Assembly: GCA_032718475.1 (NCBI GenBank)
Contig: JAUCBJ010008027.1
Span: 1-64,000, forward strand
Source: Nemertoderma westbladi
Lineage: Eukaryota; Animalia; Xenacoelomorpha
Length of the DNA: 64,000 nucleotides
Reading direction: 5' to 3'
Under the pieces are notes generated by a model that made no database searches, was not told the origin of the DNA, and saw nothing but the letters and a program-made list of their open reading frames with translations. Below are positions 58,903 to 64,000 of the stretch, one piece after another. Position numbers and translations under genes: made by a program. Each line of letters begins with the position of its first letter. Position 1 is the stretch's first letter.

Positions 58903-60662
58903 TGTGAAGAACTGCGATTTTATTTTAAATTCAAAAGTTCTTATTATCACGTTGGCTAAAAGAATCCTTTGTGAAGATTCTATAGCCGGGAAGGAAATAA
59001 GGAGGGCCGGTTGCGGTACTCCAAGTATTTCTTCCCCTGGGCCACGTGTAAGCCTTGACTGGGCTGATAATTCTAGAGCTCCTTTTATAAGGATGTCCAA
59101 ACCTCCCAAACAGACTCCAGGCTCTCCCTGCACCTTAACCCTCCCCCGGTATGGTAAAAAATTATCCTTCACCGGTAACATGGGGTATTTTTATACCCCA
59201 AATTTTCATTTTAAAGACAAAGACATTTTAAGTAACATTAAACAGAAAAACACTTGCAATCCCCCTCCCAGAATTTGCCAAATGGTGAAAAAATAAGTTG
59301 TGAATTTTTTTTTTCAATTTGGTTGAAGTCTACCCAACGCTCAATGCCACAAAAGTTATCCCACTACAATCGCGATCATCGTTAACGTCGCGATGGGGCG
59401 TTTTGCAACAAGATACTATCATAGCGAAGCATTAGCTGTGAGAGTGTTTCTCATTTTAGGTTTTTTAGTGGTGTAATGGGTCAAGTACACCCCGAAGTAT
59501 ACCATTGCAGTTCCAATAAGCATAAAATGAGTCAAATACCACCACTAAAAGTCAACAAAGTGATATATATATATATATACAGACAGATATATCACCTCAC
59601 AATAGCACAAGATCTTAAATTGTAATATGAAATATACACCATGACTGCAAAAGTACTGATGATTTAGTCATAAAATGTGATTATTGTGCAACTAAATTAT
59701 ACATTGCAGTTTCAATGAACCCAAAATGAGACCCAAAAGGCCAGAACACCTCTAAGAAAGCCTACAATAAGAATTATTCACATATACTTAGCAATCTATC
59801 GCATTGCGATTAGGCCGAAGTCTTGGCTTGTGAAATACAGGCTGACAGGCCATACACAATACCAGAATACCAGAATGCTTCATAATACTGATAATTTGGT
59901 CTTAAAGGTCAAAGTTAAAACATGCCTCTAGCTGTCTAGTACAACTAAATCGACCATTGTGGTTCCAATGAAACCAAAATGAGTCACAAAGCACCACTAA
60001 ACGAGCACCATAACGTTATGGGGTATTTTTATACCCCATCTTACCTAACTAAGTTGTTTTCAAATTAAGGGCCCATAACATTTTTCATCAACAAAATTGT
60101 ATGGGTTTGACCCACACAATCGTTAGATTACAAGTTTTTTGGAAGATACTATGAAGTTGGACATACATAATATGAGAGATTGTCGAAAAATATCAAAAGA
60201 AATCCCCTTGGGGTATTATTTTACCCCACGTTACCGGGGGAGGGTTAATATAAATACCCAAACTGCCAAACCCAATAGAGTTACCTGATTGCCAAAGTTA
60301 CCTTGCTCGCTTGACCGCGAGTGAAGCCCCTCCACACGGCGGAATAGAGTGACGGAAATATAAGTTGTAACCCACGATATAATAGAGAACGGACGACGGA
60401 CCCGGTGACCTGGTGGATTGTTCTAGGCGCTGGTGAGTAATGTTGTCTGCTTGTCTGTTAATGTAGGATTGGGAACAAATCCCATAAGAACTTTATGAAT
60501 TCTCCCAGTCAGTAGTTAGCAGTACTGCAGTATGCCTACATCGGTAGGCTACTCTCTGTGTTGCAGGAGTAGTGCAGTCGTGTCCTGTCACTTCTGCTGT
60601 CTGCTATCTGATGGATACCGGAAGTGTCATTTTGTCATTTTACAGGCCACCAGGTGACGTCA
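58903..60662 (-). repeat. 5' LTR of element C (TG...CA) with a DNA-transposon insertion
   Basis: Starts TGACGTCA; TATAAAA at 59089-59083; AATAAA at 58924-58919; ends TTCACA (3' boundary inferred). Confidence 0.85.
59139..60244. mobile_element. Non-autonomous piggyBac-like element
   Basis: TIR CCCTCCCCCGGTA / TACCGGGGGAGGG; TTAA duplicated (59135-59138, 60245-60248); empty TTAA site present in the other LTR at about 47038; subterminal TGGGGTA..TACCCCA palindromes. Confidence 0.93.
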
Positions 60663-60894
60663 TAATCGTCTGATGTAAGCAAAGCGAATATAATATACTC
60701 TGACACAAATTGTAATTTTTAACACGATGCTTTTAATATTATTATTATCAGACGAAGCGCTAATTTTAATAGTGATTAACTTAACTTTGTCAAAATGTTT
60801 TGCATATTTACCTTGTGCGTATACTGTGCCGGGGCTATTATTTATTAGTTGACAAAATCTATTTTGTGTCATTTATTTTTTATATAAGTGTACT

Positions 60895-61481
60895 ACTAGG
60901 ATCGGCATGCTGCATTGCAGCTGCATTTTTAAGAATGCTGTGCCGGCTTGTCGACAAAATTGCACCGCCAGAACTCCCTATCACCCATGACATTTGCTAG
61001 ATCATCCGCATCTTCAAGGCCAGTTTCCTTTAAGATGCGTCTCAAGAAAGTCATTGGCTGTCCACCATGCTTATTCACTCCATGAGGCTGCCAAAGTACA
61101 AGATTATGCACTGGCTGGTCCTCACGGCGAAAGCAATGTCCTGCAAAGCGGAGGCGATTTTGTTCTAGTGTCAAGCTTGGGGGAACCAAAGAGACACCTC
61201 CAATGTTATATAGTGTCTGGTTGGTGATTGTGTGCATTGTACTGGACACAATGAACCCGGCGTAGCATTCTTGTGAATGTGCCATCCAGAGATTTGGTGT
61301 CCTCAGCAGTTAGAGCCCGACATGGACTCCCATAGAGGAGTACAGTACTTGAACTACTGCTGCTCTAAATAATCGGACCTTAAGTGTTCGATTAATTCTC
61401 GGTGACTTCCAAATCCTGGAAAGCCTATTCAAGGCTGCCCTTGCCTTTCCCTTACGTATTCGAAGACTTCCTGACTTCCGG
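60895..61481 (-). mobile_element. RTE-clade LINE, 5'-truncated copy 3
   Basis: Same family as copies 1 and 2; TSD ATAAGTGTACT at 60884-60894 and 61482-61492. Confidence 0.9.
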
Positions 61482-61492
61482 ATAAGTGTACT

Positions 61493-62455
61493 GGTACTAC
61501 TGCTGCCATAAATAATCGAACCTTAAGGTTCCGTTTTATTATATGGGACCTCCAAATCATGGACAGACTATTTGACGCTACCCATGCCTGCCTTTGAATT
61601 TTTTGAAAGGGAAAGAACTGAGTTGATCGGCTAGCAGCAGAAACTAGATTGGGGCTAAGGATCTATCAGCGAGTCAGTTGAAGCTCTCCTGGGAACGCTA
61701 TTTCCATTTTATGCATGGTTGTTATTATAATTATAAAAGAGATAATTCAGATTAGAGATAGTATATTGTAATAATAATATAATATAAATAAATACAATCA
61801 TAAGAAGTTGTACTCCCAGTATAAACGGGTAAACACCTAATAATATCGTTACCGTAAATGACTCTAGGTGACTGCCGGGATATTAACTACACTGCCTTAA
61901 ATATGCAGAAATGTACAAAGAACAATGTGATAATCAATTCACTCCAGCTGGTTGCTCACTAAGCAATCCCATTGGCAGTTACACTACAAATCACTTGCCA
62001 ACTCAAAAAAGTAATATGTATGGTATTCACTGCACAACATTATAACAGTTACACAAGGAGGGTTACATTGGATCAGCGCCTGATATAATACTGCCATAAA
62101 GCATTAAGAAGACGAAGTAGTCTTCTATAGGGGCAACTAAATGCAATAACTGATCCAATGTGGCCCCATATATAATATTGCACATAAGTTCTGCTGATCT
62201 AAATCATCCGTATGGCCATTTTTTGTTTGCAGAATACTAAGTAAATGGAACCCTGTACAATAATTACAAATAAGAATGGTGTAAGTGTATCACCCTGAAG
62301 GACTCTCCATAACACTTCGAATTGATCTGTGGATCGTACAGTGTTGATAACACTTTGATTATCCTTCTAAGAGCCAGAATATGCTCAATAGTCCCACGAC
62401 CTTTACATAACCCATTTTGGTTCCCACGTAACAGTCTCTCAAGCAGGATCCTTGA
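61493..62455 (-). mobile_element. Fragments of an older, diverged RTE element
   Basis: 61493-61595 and 62190-62455 are homologous to the RTE RT (LLRGNQNGLCKGRGTIEHILALRRII) with many substitutions and deletions. Confidence 0.75.
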
Positions 62456-62831
62456 TTGTGCGCATAGCGCATATAGAACAGACCCCTCCATAATATTATC
62501 TTGCCAGTTATGGTCGCGAATCTATAATATTCAACTAATGGGCAACACCCATTAGTTACAACTCCATGTACTATAATTTACGTTCAAACAGAGATGTTCA
62601 TGAGTGAAAGTAGTTTTGATACGGAGGTCTATGCATGCATTTAATACGCATTACAATAACCATGGCGACGCTTAGACAATCTCCACTGTGTGTTCTTCTT
62701 ACGGCCCATTAGACTGGTTGACATGCAAGTTGATTCCCCCGAGGGCGAAACTATAAAGAAGGAGAAGTGCATATCTCCAGTGTTATATAAGTCCATTAAT
62801 CAGACACATCAAAGCTGAGGCCCAAAAGGAA

Positions 62832-62981
62832 GGGTAAGGAAGGATAAGGAAGTACATATCCCCAGTGTCGCCATTAATTAATCAGACACATCAAACACAG
62901 ATCGTTGGGTAAGGAAGGATAAGGAAGTACATATCCCCAGTGTCACCATTAATTAATCAGACACATCAAACACAGATCGTT
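62832..62981. repeat. 75-bp tandem duplication
   Basis: GGGTAAGGAAGGATAAGGAAGTACATATCCCCAGTGTC..CAGATCGTT twice, with a diverged partial copy at about 62765-62815. Confidence 0.85.
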
Positions 62982-64000
62982 AGCGAACTGTTTCAAAATT
63001 TAACTTTATCCACATGGGAATCTATTGAAGGGATATAAAATAAAGTTACTAACTGTTAATGATTTCATAAAGACATATATAAAGAGTACTTCTCTTTATT
63101 TTACCTTTATCACTCTTCTACTTATCACGGCATAGATTTTGTTTTATAATTTTACACATTTTACAAAACTAACTAACTCTTTTACAAAACGTCAGTACTG
63201 TAACATTTTTTGTCCGAGGAAAACTAAAGGAAAGTTTTTTGAGTAAAGAATCATTTACCTTCAAAATAATGAAAAAAAATATTAATTTATGTGAAAATCT
63301 TATGTTTCTTCTGTAATAGTTTCACCATAACCTATGTTAAACGACCACCTAAGCTGCAATAGAGTACCGGTAGGTTATAGATGAACTTTTAAATTAAAAG
63401 TTTAATAAAATGAATTAAATTATTGACATAACATTACATTCTGCTCCCAGTGTCAAAAATACATTTCCACATGTTGGTATTAAATTACACTTGGGCAATT
63501 TTGTATACAACATTTTTTTCCAATTTCCAACTTTGAACAAAAACTTCCGAAAGACCTGTTCGTTAAAAGAATTATTAATACCTATACCTAAGTTGATCAG
63601 ATGTTTTTTTTAACATTCCTTACACCTTTTTTCAAGGTAATTTACCTTCCAAGGATATGAAGATTAGATGTTTTATGAGAACTGATAAATATTGCTACAT
63701 GTTCTGTTGATTACATGTTGATTACATTACATGTTGATTACAAATTAATATCAATTTATATTAAATAAACATAACAACTGTTGCACCCTCTTTAACTTGG
63801 CGCAAACATTCAATTGTGGATCGAAGTACACAACAATACTTCAATGGACAGCTGTGAAACCCAAACTACGCAATACTGAGTAACAATAGCATCACATTAA
63901 CGCCATGGTAGAAAAAACGCCGGAATCAAATTCTCATATTTCGCAGTATCGATTACCGAAAACTAAAGTTTATCCAGAGTTTAATTTCTTTGACAAAACT

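Larger units (their letters stand above)
46840..60662 (-). mobile_element. BEL/Pao LTR retrotransposon C, nearly intact coding region
   Basis: LTR copies at 46840-47447 and 58903-60662; PPT AGGGAGTGG (47450-47458); gag-pol 49012-56640; TSD lost by a deletion at the left end. Confidence 0.95.

Noticed and set aside
62720-62830. Hammerhead-like fragments (GAGGGCGAAAC; CTGAGGCCCAAAAGG)
   Set aside because: Core CUGANGA is incomplete and the pieces are in the wrong order.

Overview
AT-rich eukaryotic (animal-like) genomic window made up almost entirely of transposable elements. From left to right: a hAT-type foldback MITE (8-bp TSD); a CR1-group LINE (intact PHD-APE-RT ORF2, ORF1 fused to a 3.9-kb 42-bp minisatellite); 5'-truncated RTE LINEs; one spliced WD40-repeat host exon on the + strand; several minisatellite/MITE elements; and a nested cluster of three different BEL/Pao LTR retrotransposons. 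Element A is internally deleted and tandem. Element B is full length with a 5-bp TSD, inserted into A. Element C has a nearly intact pol and a TTAA element in its 5' LTR. Every retroelement is on the minus strand. The most notable signals are RNA-level: (1) element B has no adjacent tRNA primer-binding site but a 13-nt sequence exactly complementary to its own LTR (Tf1-like self-priming candidate, echoed more weakly in element C); (2) the element B LTR carries a tandem array of cUUCGg-capped kink-turn hairpins; (3) the LINE intercistronic spacer is complementary to the LINE's own 3' end. All of this was read by eye; no folding or database searches were run.
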